From: Blastocatellia bacterium
GTDB taxonomy: Bacteria > Acidobacteriota > Blastocatellia > UBA7656
DNA: 64,000 nucleotides
Assembly: GCA_963737945.1 (NCBI GenBank)
Contig: CAVTUR010000010.1
Coordinates: 66,709-130,708, forward strand
Direction: 5' to 3'
Part shown: piece by piece, positions 29,720 to 38,500 of the stretch
How the letters are laid out: the number at the start of each line of letters is the position of its first letter
Position numbering within the stretch: the first letter of the stretch is position 1
Notes under the pieces: generated by a model
Told to the model about the DNA's origin: nothing
Database searches by the model: none
Seen by the model: only the letters and a program-made list of their open reading frames with translations
Program-made: the position numbers and the translations under genes

Positions 29720-30533
29720 TGCGGCCATCGCCAGACCGTTCGCGAGCGCACTTCCGCTCTCTGAATATTTTTGTAATAATCCATCTGTGGTCAGAAAAGG
29801 TATCGATTTGGGCGAATTCATCTATAGGGAACGGACGGCGCGAAAGCTGCCTCATTTTCAACCACCGGACGCGATCTTGTTTGTCACGTTTCGGCTGACA
29901 GGCACTGTCCCGAAGTCAATCCTAAGTATGTACTCCGCACAGAAGGAGTGGCTTAAGATTGAGACTGCACGTGTCAACCGGCTCAAACTGAAGGACGATT
30001 CACCGGAGATCCAGACGCACGCTGAGAAGCTTCGAGAATTTCATCGGCAGTGGTTTGGGAGGTTTGAAGACATCCTACATAAAGCAGAGACCGGCCCGAC
30101 CTGGTTGAAAGACGACCGAGTGGCAAAGCTGGTCGCCGATGCTCTGCACTACCGCGACGGAAGGATTTACCGCCTCGACAGCTACTGCGTGATGTCGAAC
30201 CACGTTCACGCGGTGTTCGCGCCTTTTCTGACAGAGAGAGAACTGCGTGAGACTCTGACGGCTGATGGGCTGCGCTTTACGAGCAAGAATCCGCCGCTTG
30301 ACGCAATTATGAAATCATTGAAGGGGTACACTGCCTGGGAGGCCAATCGCACATTAGAACGCAAAGGCACATTCTGGGAACAAGAAAGCTACGACCACGT
30401 CGTGCGCGATGATGAAGAGTTTCACCGTATTGTGAATTACGTGCTGAACAATCCGGTGAAGGCTGGTCTCGTCAAGGAGTGGCGGCAATGGAAGTGGAGC
30501 TATTGCCGGAGCCAGGACCTCGTGACGGCGTAA
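29679..30533 (+). CDS. REP-associated tyrosine transposase (RAYT, IS200/IS605 Y1 HUH transposase family)
   Basis: HuH motif MSNHVHAVF. C-terminal FWEQESYDHVVRDDEEFHRIVNYVLNNPVKAGLV matches the conserved RAYT/IS200 tail. The ATG at 29679 lies inside a REP copy. The true start is probably TTG 29805 (RBS aaaagg) or GTG 29787. Confidence 0.8.
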   Translation: MAYRGLSSLREPRLAAIARPFASALPLSEYFCNNPSVVRKGIDLGEFIYRERTARKLPHFQPPDAILFVTFRLTGTVPKSILSMYSAQKEWLKIETARVNRLKLKDDSPEIQTHAEKLREFHRQWFGRFEDILHKAETGPTWLKDDRVAKLVADALHYRDGRIYRLDSYCVMSNHVHAVFAPFLTERELRETLTADGLRFTSKNPPLDAIMKSLKGYTAWEANRTLERKGTFWEQESYDHVVRDDEEFHRIVNYVLNNPVKAGLVKEWRQWKWSYCRSQDLVTA

Positions 30534-30547
30534 TTCCCGGCATTACC

Positions 30548-31540
30548 CACCGGCGTACCGTAGACTGTTCAGTCTGCGGGTCCCCATTCTCAGCCAATCT
30601 TTCGGGTGATTCATCGTGCGCAGACTAGACAGTCTACGCTACCTTTTCTCTGACATCGTCGCCGTACCGTAGACTGTCCAGTCTGCGGGTCCCCATTCTC
30701 AGCCAATCTTTCGCGTGATTCATCGTGCGCAGACTAGACAGTCTACGCTACCTTTTCTCTGACATCGTCGCCGTACCGTAGACTGTCCAGTCTGCGGGCC
30801 CCCCATTCTCAGCCAATCTTTCGCATCATTCATCGCGCGCAGACTAGACAGTCTACGCTACCTTTTCTCTGACATCGTCGCCGTACCGTAGACTGTCCAG
30901 TCTGCGGGCCCCCATTCTCAGCCAATCTTCCGCATCATTCATCGCGCGCAGACTAGACAGTCTACGCTACCTTTTCTCTGACATCGTCGCCGTACCGTAG
31001 ACTGTCCAGTCTGCGGCGTCCCCATTCTCAGCCAATCTTTCGCATGATTCATCGTGCGCAGACTAGACAGTCTACGCTACCTTTTCTCTGACATCGTCGC
31101 CGTACCGTAGACTGTCCAGTCTGCGGCCCCCCCCTTCTCAGCCAATCTTTCGCGTGATTCATCGTGCGCAGACTAGACAGTCTACGCTACCTTTTCTCTG
31201 ACATCGTCGCCGTACCGTAGACTGTCCAGTCTGCGGGCTCCCCATTCTCAGCCAATCTTTCGCGTGATTCATCGTGCGCAGACTAGACAGTCTACGCTAC
31301 CTTTTCTCTGACATCGTCGCCGTACCGTAGACTGTCCAGTCTGCGGGTCCCCATTCTCAGCCAATCTTTCGCGTGATTCATCGTGCGCAGACTAGACAGT
31401 CTACGCTACCTTTTCTCTGACATCGTCGCCGTACCGTAGACTGTCCAGTCTGCGGGTCCCCATTCTCAGCCAATCTTTCGCGTGATTCATCGTGCGCAGA
31501 CTAGACAGTCTACGCTACCCCTTCACCTTGCGCAGACCCC
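30548..31540. repeat. downstream REP/REPIN array: about 9 near-identical tandem copies with a period of about 110 bp
   Basis: Copies start near 30553, 30664, 30773, 30884, 30992, 31104, 31213, 31322 and 31430. Unit: gtaccgtagactgtccagtctgcgggtccccattctcagccaatctttcgcgtgattcatcgtgcgcagactagacagtctacgctaccttttctctgacatcgtcgcc. Confidence 0.85.
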
Positions 31541-31684
31541 AATGTCTCTGCTCTCTTCGTAGTCATACTATTCTGTGGTAAAAATATATCCGACGAACAC
31601 TCCATCGAGGGATCGAGATTTGGGCATTAAAACGACCAAGCTGCGAACTACGTGCTCCGCTCAACCCATTTACCAGGCTGAGGT

Positions 31685-34009
31685 ATGCCGCTGGTGATCT
31701 CCGAGATCATTTCCCACTACCGAATTGTAAAAGAGCTAGGAGCCGGCGGCATGGGTGAGGTCTACCTTGCCGAGGATACGAGGCTGGGCCGGCAGGTTGC
31801 GATAAAGGTTCTGCCGGCGTCCTATCAGTACGACCCAGAGCGCCGCACGAAGTTTCTTGCCGAAGCGCGAGCCACATCGGCGCTCCGTTCGCCTCACATA
31901 GCTGCCATCTACGACATCGGCGAACACCAAGGCTCGATGTACATAGTGATGGAGTACGTCGAAGGCGAAATGCTTTCGGAAAGACTCAAACGCGGGCCGT
32001 TGGAGATGCGTGACGCAATAGATTTCGCCGCACAAATCGCAGACGCGCTCTCAGAAGCGCACTCGCTCGGAATCGTTCACTGCGATGTGAAGGCTTCGAA
32101 TCTGATCGTGAATGAGCGCGGTCTTATCAAGCTGCTCGACTTCGGAATCGCGGCGGCCACCGCCCAAAACGAGGCAGACAGCGACGACCGTACTAAACCA
32201 GTCGGGCAGCAGACGGCTGTTGGCTCAGCGGCCGGGACCGTTTCGTACATGTCGCCTGAACAGGCGATCGGCCGAGCCACAGATCACCGGTCGGACATTT
32301 TTTCGCTGGGAGTGGTTCTCTACGAGATGCTGACCGCACGCCGGCCCTTTGATGGGGATGCGTCGGTCGAGACAATCGACAACATCATCCACGCGGAGCC
32401 TACGCCAATCGCGCGTTTGAACTACGGGGTGACGCCGGATCTTGACCGCGTTGTGCGCAAGTGTTTAGAGAAGGATCGCGAGCGACGCTATCAGTCCGCC
32501 CGCGACTTGTTGATCGATCTGCGGAATTTGCAGCGCGACAGTGATTCGGGAGCGGCACACGCGACGGCCGGGCTTGTACGCCGCACCCAGGTCGTAACAA
32601 AGGCTCGCTCCCGAAAGACGATCGACTCGCTGGCGATTCTTCCGCTTGCGAATGAGAGCGGCAATCCGGCGCTGGATTACCTGAGCGACGGGGTCACCGA
32701 AGCGCTTATCAACAATCTTTCGCGACTTACGAAGTTGCGAGTAATGGCCAGGAGCACCGTCTTCCGCTATCAGGGGCGCGAGTCGCAGGACGCTCAGCAG
32801 GTCGGACTCGAGCTAGGCGTCCGTGCGGTGCTGAATGGAAGACTGCTCACACGCGGCGACAGCCTGATCGTAAAGCTCGAGATGGTTGATACAAACGACG
32901 GCGCTCACCTCTGGGGCGAACAATACACTCGGGAAATGGCGGATATTTTCACGCTCGAACGAGAGATCTCAACCGAAATCTCCGAGCACTTGCGCTTAAA
33001 GCTCACCAACGCCCAGAAGAAGAGCCTGACAAAAGGCTGCACCGACAACTCCGTCGCCTATCAGCTCTACCTGAAGGGACGTTACCATTGGAACAAACGA
33101 ACAGCCGAAGGTATCGAAAAGAGCATCGAGTACTTTGAGGCCGCAATCACACGCGACGCAAACTTCGCGCTGGCGTACGCCGGGCTGGCCGATTCCTACA
33201 ACCTGATGGCGAGCTACGGCAAAAAGCCGCTCGCGACCCCGCTCCTGCGCGCCAAGGCTACTGCCCTGAAAGCGCTGACCCTGGATGACAAGCTCGCGGA
33301 GGCGCACGCCGCATTGGCCGCGGTGAAACTTTGGCGGGAGTTTGACTGGGAGGGCGCGGAACGAGGCTGGCGGAAAGCCATCGAGCTGAATCCCGGCTAC
33401 TCCACATCTCACCTGTGGCTGGCTCTGTACCTGGCGGCGCGTGAACGACTTGACGAAGCTCTCGCGGAGGTAAAACTCGCGCTCGATCTGGATCCGCTCT
33501 CGCGGGTCATAAACCTCAACCTCGCAAGAATCCTTCACTTTGCACGCCAATTTGACGACTCGATCAGGCAGTGCCGCAAAACCATCGATTTGTATCCCGA
33601 CTACTTGATCGCGCACCGCCGGCTGGGCATGTCATACGGCGAGAAGCAGATGTTTGAAGAGGCCGAAGTCGAATTCAACAAGGCTCTGGCCATCTTACCG
33701 GACGACAGCGAGACGATGTCCGCGATGGCCTATGTCCATGCGACAGGCGGCCGGGTCGATGCGGCTCGCAAGATTCTTGAACGGCTGGAGGAGATTGCAA
33801 AGGTAACCTACGTGTCGCCTTACAGCATCGCGAGGGTGCACATCGGGTTGGGGCAAATCGACGAGGCCTTCGTGCAATTGCAAAAGACGTATCAGGAACG
33901 GCACGGGATTCTGACTTACCTGAAGGTGGAGCCGATCTTCGACCGGCTCCGATCAGATGATAGATTCGCGGACCTGTTGCGAAAGATGGGGCTGTCGACC
34001 CCGCTCTAA
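31685..34009 (+). CDS. serine/threonine protein kinase with a central TolB-N-like domain and C-terminal TPR repeats
   Basis: Kinase subdomains (VAIKVL, HCDVKASNLIV, DFG, SYMSPE). The middle region ILPLANESGNPALDYLSDGVTEALINNLSRL. TPR-like C-terminus. Confidence 0.8.
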   Translation: MPLVISEIISHYRIVKELGAGGMGEVYLAEDTRLGRQVAIKVLPASYQYDPERRTKFLAEARATSALRSPHIAAIYDIGEHQGSMYIVMEYVEGEMLSERLKRGPLEMRDAIDFAAQIADALSEAHSLGIVHCDVKASNLIVNERGLIKLLDFGIAAATAQNEADSDDRTKPVGQQTAVGSAAGTVSYMSPEQAIGRATDHRSDIFSLGVVLYEMLTARRPFDGDASVETIDNIIHAEPTPIARLNYGVTPDLDRVVRKCLEKDRERRYQSARDLLIDLRNLQRDSDSGAAHATAGLVRRTQVVTKARSRKTIDSLAILPLANESGNPALDYLSDGVTEALINNLSRLTKLRVMARSTVFRYQGRESQDAQQVGLELGVRAVLNGRLLTRGDSLIVKLEMVDTNDGAHLWGEQYTREMADIFTLEREISTEISEHLRLKLTNAQKKSLTKGCTDNSVAYQLYLKGRYHWNKRTAEGIEKSIEYFEAAITRDANFALAYAGLADSYNLMASYGKKPLATPLLRAKATALKALTLDDKLAEAHAALAAVKLWREFDWEGAERGWRKAIELNPGYSTSHLWLALYLAARERLDEALAEVKLALDLDPLSRVINLNLARILHFARQFDDSIRQCRKTIDLYPDYLIAHRRLGMSYGEKQMFEEAEVEFNKALAILPDDSETMSAMAYVHATGGRVDAARKILERLEEIAKVTYVSPYSIARVHIGLGQIDEAFVQLQKTYQERHGILTYLKVEPIFDRLRSDDRFADLLRKMGLSTPL

Positions 34010-34077
34010 AAGGGCCGAGGCAGCGAGACGCCACAACCACGGGTGCGAGCGAACCCGGCCGGATCCGGATGCGGAAT

Positions 34078-34692
34078 TCACTGTGGTGGTTTTACGGCTG
34101 GCGGAGTCTGTCTGGCTGGATCGTCGCCGTCATCATCATCTGAGTCATCAGCAGGGGCAACGCGATCTCTCGACTTGTTGTCGCTGAGCGAGATCCCCAT
34201 TATCTGTGGGTTGTTCATGAACTCGACTAGCTTCTCAGGGCTAAACTTCGTCTGAAGAACCACCGCATCGTTCTGCTGAAGCGTGACGACCAGCAGCTTC
34301 ACATCTTCCTTCTCGCGTGTAACATAAACATATGTCCATTGCTTTTCGCGCGGCGAACTGTATTGCACCAGGGGCGTCCATATAGGGTCGATCTTGCTCT
34401 GAATGAACGCATGGAACTCGCCGTTTCTTGGGCTCGGAGCTTCGGCATAGTCGAGATCTCTAAGCAATACGACCTTGAAGTTTTTGACTCCGGCCGGCTT
34501 GATGAGCTTGACCGCGAACCTCGCAAGCATCATCGCTCCAAAAAACCCCTGCTGTTTTGCGTGGTAATTTGACTTGATCTGCTTGACCACCGAGCTAAAG
34601 CTCTCATCGCCGGCCAGAGAAGCGACGGGCGCGAGCGTCAGCAGAGCAACGATGATCGAGAGTCGAACAAGCAATCTCTTTGATGTAGTCAC
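34078..34692 (-). CDS. secreted protein, possibly DUF4252-like, with an acidic C-terminal tail
   Basis: Signal peptide. It is the last gene of the ECF sigma operon. The C-terminus is DDSDDDDGDD. Confidence 0.4.
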   Translation of the reverse strand: MTTSKRLLVRLSIIVALLTLAPVASLAGDESFSSVVKQIKSNYHAKQQGFFGAMMLARFAVKLIKPAGVKNFKVVLLRDLDYAEAPSPRNGEFHAFIQSKIDPIWTPLVQYSSPREKQWTYVYVTREKEDVKLLVVTLQQNDAVVLQTKFSPEKLVEFMNNPQIMGISLSDNKSRDRVAPADDSDDDDGDDPARQTPPAVKPPQ

Positions 34693-34698
34693 CGCTGG

Positions 34699-35388
34699 TT
34701 ACTCCGTCGGGGGTTTCTCGTCGCGTACGAGCGTTGGCGGTTTCTTCTCAGCGCGTCTTACAGATTGTGGCTCTTGCTGTTTCTCCGGTTCCGGGTCCTT
34801 GTCCTTCTTTTTGTCGGTGACGGACACACCCGGGATCTGTTCGAGGCCGAAATGCGGGATCCCAAACTTACCTTCGAGTTCGGCAAGCTTCGCAAGATCG
34901 ATTGGTCCGACTATGTTTACAACGGTAAACGCCTTTGCTTCGGCTGCCAGTACTGCAAGACCCTTGATCACGCTGCCTTCGCTCATCAGCGATACATCGT
35001 AGTTGCCCTCGCGTTTGCTGCGGACGTTGGCGACACTCGACCAGCCGGGCGCGCTCAGCTGCGAGCGGATGGACTCGACGTCAGCAAGCGTGAATTCGCC
35101 TTCCTTCTCGAACTCGAAGCGCTTAACAAAGACACCCTTTAGGCCAAGGATCATCTCCTTGATCTTCGCCTCATCGGGTTTCTTGTCGCTAAGGAACGAA
35201 GCGGCCAATCTCAAAAGCTGTTCGTCCACGGTGACGTTTATGACTTTGTCGGCGCGTTCGGTAAACTTGTCGAGATGGCTCATATCGATCTTTGCGGGGT
35301 CCTGGGCATAGGCGGGAACCGCCGCGAAAACTGAGAGCGCCAAGCAAACCGCGACTACTCTCATTGATTTGGTAATAAGCAATTTCAT
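34699..35388 (-). CDS. secreted DUF4252-like protein (associated with an ECF sigma operon)
   Basis: Start ATG 35388 with a GGAGG RBS. Signal peptide MKLLITKSMRVVAVCLALSVFAAVPAYA. K/E/P-rich C-terminal tail. Confidence 0.45.
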   Translation of the reverse strand: MKLLITKSMRVVAVCLALSVFAAVPAYAQDPAKIDMSHLDKFTERADKVINVTVDEQLLRLAASFLSDKKPDEAKIKEMILGLKGVFVKRFEFEKEGEFTLADVESIRSQLSAPGWSSVANVRSKREGNYDVSLMSEGSVIKGLAVLAAEAKAFTVVNIVGPIDLAKLAELEGKFGIPHFGLEQIPGVSVTDKKKDKDPEPEKQQEPQSVRRAEKKPPTLVRDEKPPTE

Positions 35389-35422
35389 GATTCCTCCAGT
35401 CGTACTACCGATTTCATTCGAG

Positions 35423-35977
35423 CTAGGGTTCGAGGCCGTCGCCGTGGACCGCCTTCTGCGCATCGCTCAGCGCAGAGCTTGCTATGGAGAGTGCAAGCAT
35501 CAACTGTTCCTTCGCGGCTTCGCCTTCAATCCGCAGCTCTCGGTCTTGCTGCTGCCGAGCCTGCGCGAGCCGATGATTCGCAAAGGAAGGCACCGCACGC
35601 TTTATGCGCCGCGGAGGCGTCGCCGTCGTATTCGCATGTTCCTGGGGAGCCAGGTCCTTATCGGCAGGACCTGAACCTGAACCTGAACCGCTTGCTGCCG
35701 GAGCGGGGTCTATTTTCGCGATCTTTCCGCTATCGTCGACCACAGTCTGAGTGAGTCTGCTGTACTGAGCCGCCCCTATCGCCAGCAGCAATGATGCTGT
35801 GACCCCGATCGCCACCCATCGCAGCTTTGGCGGATCGAGCAGCGTCGCGAGCCGGTGCCACCACGGCGCTTTCGGCGCCGGCTGCTGAGCGACTCGCTCG
35901 AGCAGGCGTGTCGTGAAATCAACCGGTGGCTGCTCGCGCCTGAAGGCTTTTCGCAGTTCATCATCAAGACGGCTCAT
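35423..35977 (-). CDS. putative membrane-bound anti-sigma factor
   Basis: It follows the ECF sigma gene with an ATGA overlap. It has a single TM helix (LRWVAIGVTASLLLAIGAA) and a cytoplasmic N-terminus. Confidence 0.5.
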   Translation of the reverse strand: MSRLDDELRKAFRREQPPVDFTTRLLERVAQQPAPKAPWWHRLATLLDPPKLRWVAIGVTASLLLAIGAAQYSRLTQTVVDDSGKIAKIDPAPAASGSGSGSGPADKDLAPQEHANTTATPPRRIKRAVPSFANHRLAQARQQQDRELRIEGEAAKEQLMLALSIASSALSDAQKAVHGDGLEP

Positions 35978-36555
35978 ATCGCTACCTCCCCCAACGTGCG
36001 GCTCAATTTATCTCTCAGACTGGAGAGCGAGCGCCGCAAGTGGCTCTTCACTGTGTTGAGCGGCATATCGAGCACGCTGGCTATCTCCCCCGGATCGAGG
36101 TCTTCCTGGTAGCGAAGTATCACCACCAATCGGGCCTTCTCCGGCAGCGTGTCTACCACTCGCCGCAGCATCTCAGAAAGGAACAAATCATTCTCGCTTG
36201 CGTCGATCGCCGGCTCCGGAACGTCTTCAAGGCTGACTTGCGGCCGGACCTTTAGCCGCCGCGATTGATCGATACAGCGGTGACTGGTCACCTTTCTCAG
36301 CCAGTACACGAGGTGCTCGGGCGATTTGATCGAGTGAAGGTTCTGGTGCAGGTTCAGGAAGACCTCCTGAGCCAGCTCCTCTGCCAACGACCGATCTCGG
36401 AGAAAATGGCACGCCATGCTGAAGACCATTCCCTGGTGCTGACGAACTATTTGCTCGAAAGCAAACTGATCGCCGAGGGCCGACCGTTCAAGCGTGTCAT
36501 CGAGCCGGGCTGCCGTCCCCTTATCCAATGCGATTGTTCCTTCCCACCCCACCAT
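35974..36555 (-). CDS. RNA polymerase ECF-type sigma-70 factor
   Basis: Region 2 (FEQIVRQHQGMVFSMACHFLRDRSLAEELAQEVFLNLHQNL) and a region 4 HTH (PEKARLVVILRYQEDLDPGEIASVLDMPLNTVKSHLRRS). Confidence 0.85.
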   Translation of the reverse strand: MVGWEGTIALDKGTAARLDDTLERSALGDQFAFEQIVRQHQGMVFSMACHFLRDRSLAEELAQEVFLNLHQNLHSIKSPEHLVYWLRKVTSHRCIDQSRRLKVRPQVSLEDVPEPAIDASENDLFLSEMLRRVVDTLPEKARLVVILRYQEDLDPGEIASVLDMPLNTVKSHLRRSLSSLRDKLSRTLGEVAI

Positions 36556-36596
36556 ACTCTAGTACGCACAAGCCTTTATGATCGAATGCAGTTCCT

Positions 36597-36697
36597 GAAA
36601 TGAAAAATGGCACATGACAAATGACAAATGGAAAATGATCCATTACCAATGAGGTACATTTGCCATTTTCCATTTTCCATTTGCCATTTCTCTCACG
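36597..36697. repeat. palindromic heptamer array AAATGRC / GYCATTT (about 100 bp hairpin)
   Basis: gaaatgaaaaatggcacatgacaaatgacaaatggaaaatga ... acatttgccattttccattttccatttgccatttc. It lies between the methyltransferase stop and the ECF sigma start. Confidence 0.8.
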
Positions 36698-36827
36698 CGC
36701 CCAGCGTTCTATCGGCGTGATGTAAACGAATGAGGTGAGAGTTGAGAGCTCGGCTAAACCGGGCTTCAAATACCGGCCGGGCGCGGTGACTGCCGCTAGG
36801 CGGTCCTTCAACTCGTGCGTTCTAGCA

Positions 36828-37553
36828 TCACCGCTCATACACTGAGATGTGCTTTTCGCTGGCCGCGTTGAATTCCGCTCGACTCCAGCTGCCCCAGCGA
36901 TGAACCAGCCTTAGACCAGCGATCTCGCCCATCAGATCTAACTCCGACGGCCAACAGTAACGAATCTCAACCGGGTACAGCTTTAGCCCGTTGTTCCCGA
37001 ACACGACGAACTGGCTCTTGAGCCGCTGTAAGACTGAATCGTGGTGCGATACCTGCAGGCTGACCTGCTCGGTCGTCACTGAATAGACACGCACGCTTTG
37101 ACCGCCTACAAAACGGGTCATGTCCGGGACGAACGCTTCGATGACGAATTTTCCGCGGGCTCCGAGGTGAGCTGCTACGTTGCGAAAGCATCGCACCTGC
37201 TCTTTCTGTGTTAGCAAAGCAAAGAGCGTGTTGAATGCGATGAAAATAAGCGAGAACTCCCCTTCAACATTCACGTCCGCGAAGTTCCCCATGGTAACGG
37301 GTATCGATGCGCCTCCCGCATTGGCCCGCAGCTTCGAGACCATCGCATCGGAGGCGTCGATGCCGTGAACTTCAATCCCGCGCGCGGCAAGGGGAAGCGC
37401 AACTCGTCCAGTCCCGATCCCCAGTTCCAGAACCCGGCCGCCTCGTGCAAGCTCGACGAGCCTGTCAATTGCCGCGTCCTCGATGGGCCCGAACCATTGA
37501 TCGTAAACGTCCGCCAGGTGATCCCCGTAAGTCGATGCTATATATTCGTTCAT
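36828..37553 (-). CDS. class I SAM-dependent methyltransferase
   Basis: Motif I VLELGIGTGRVALPLAARGIEVHGIDASDAMV. Confidence 0.75.
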   Translation of the reverse strand: MNEYIASTYGDHLADVYDQWFGPIEDAAIDRLVELARGGRVLELGIGTGRVALPLAARGIEVHGIDASDAMVSKLRANAGGASIPVTMGNFADVNVEGEFSLIFIAFNTLFALLTQKEQVRCFRNVAAHLGARGKFVIEAFVPDMTRFVGGQSVRVYSVTTEQVSLQVSHHDSVLQRLKSQFVVFGNNGLKLYPVEIRYCWPSELDLMGEIAGLRLVHRWGSWSRAEFNAASEKHISVYER

Positions 37554-37679
37554 CCTCTTCTCGGTGGCTCATTGATTTCTTTGCCGCTCTGTAGGTGGTC
37601 TTGTCTAAGCAACAAGAACTCTTCGCGCGACCCGCTGAACTTCGTACCGCATCGGTATCGTATCATCAGCGGAGGCAGA

Positions 37680-37883
37680 ATGAGAGAACCAGGCATCGCG
37701 GCGGTTTTGAGCTTCTTTATCCCGGGCGTTGGGCAAATCTACAACGGCAAGATTCTTCGCGGACTCTTCTGGCTGATCGTCACACCGGGTATCTGGCTCG
37801 GCACCGGTGGTTGGTTCGGTTGGGTGTGTCACCTGGTCGCGGCTTACACCGCGTTCCGTTATGCGAAAAAGCACCCGGTCTAA
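37680..37883 (+). CDS. small TM2-domain-like membrane protein
   Basis: GGAGG RBS. 67 aa. IPGVGQIYNGKILRGLFWLIV...GWFGW pattern. Confidence 0.4.
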   Translation: MREPGIAAVLSFFIPGVGQIYNGKILRGLFWLIVTPGIWLGTGGWFGWVCHLVAAYTAFRYAKKHPV

Positions 37884-37921
37884 TCACCCACGCGGAGTTC
37901 AGTCTCGGCCGCCCCTTGAGA

Positions 37922-38470
37922 CTACTTGACAATCGCGTAACAGAAACACTCACGGGGTTGCGCGCTGACGTTTGGGTGAACGATCCAACGTCGCAGTACA
38001 CCCTCCTTAGTCATCCCGACTTTCTCCAAAACTCTTGCGGAGGCATGGTTCTCTACATCACAAACGGCCCAAACCCGGTATATCGTATCTTGTCCCAGCG
38101 CCCAATCAACGACCGCCTTGACCGCCTCAGGAATGTAACCCTGGCCCCAATGTGATCTCGCCAGGACATAGCCCAGGTTCACCTTATGTCGATCGACTCG
38201 AGCCTCGACCATTCCAATCAAAGCACCGTCTTCCCTTCGAGTCACCACCCACGGAAACGCGCGCGAGTCCTTCCAGTTGTTCACGCAGCGCTCCAGGTAC
38301 TCGTAGGTGTCGTCGATTGCCTCGTGCGGGCTCCACGTCAAGAACTTTGTGACCTCCGTGTCTTGAGCGTACCCGTCAAGAATTGACCGGGCGTCAGCCA
38401 TCACCGGTGGGCGCAAACGCAGTCGTGGCGTCACTATGATGTCGGGTGGTCTCATGGGGTCGATGCGCAA
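37922..38470 (-). CDS. GNAT family N-acetyltransferase (RimJ/RimL-like)
   Basis: TPRLRLRPP...FLTWSPHE and acetyl-CoA-binding blocks (GYVLARSHWGQGYIPEAV). Confidence 0.7.
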   Translation of the reverse strand: MRIDPMRPPDIIVTPRLRLRPPVMADARSILDGYAQDTEVTKFLTWSPHEAIDDTYEYLERCVNNWKDSRAFPWVVTRREDGALIGMVEARVDRHKVNLGYVLARSHWGQGYIPEAVKAVVDWALGQDTIYRVWAVCDVENHASARVLEKVGMTKEGVLRRWIVHPNVSAQPRECFCYAIVK

Positions 38471-38500
38471 AACCCAGCCAGGGAACTCCTGGAGGTTCCG

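Larger units (their letters stand above)
28988..31540. mobile_element. REPIN-RAYT island (RAYT gene embedded between tandem REP doublet arrays)
   Basis: The RAYT gene is flanked on both sides by arrays of its presumed cognate palindromic REP doublets. No cas genes are present and the spacers are not unique. Confidence 0.75.

Noticed and set aside
28988-31540. Possible CRISPR array: a regularly spaced tandem repeat with a period of about 110 bp
   Set aside because: The period is twice the CRISPR norm. Each unit is a palindromic doublet. The spacers fall into only two recurring classes rather than being unique. No cas genes are present. The embedded ORF is a RAYT transposase. Together this is a REP/REPIN array.
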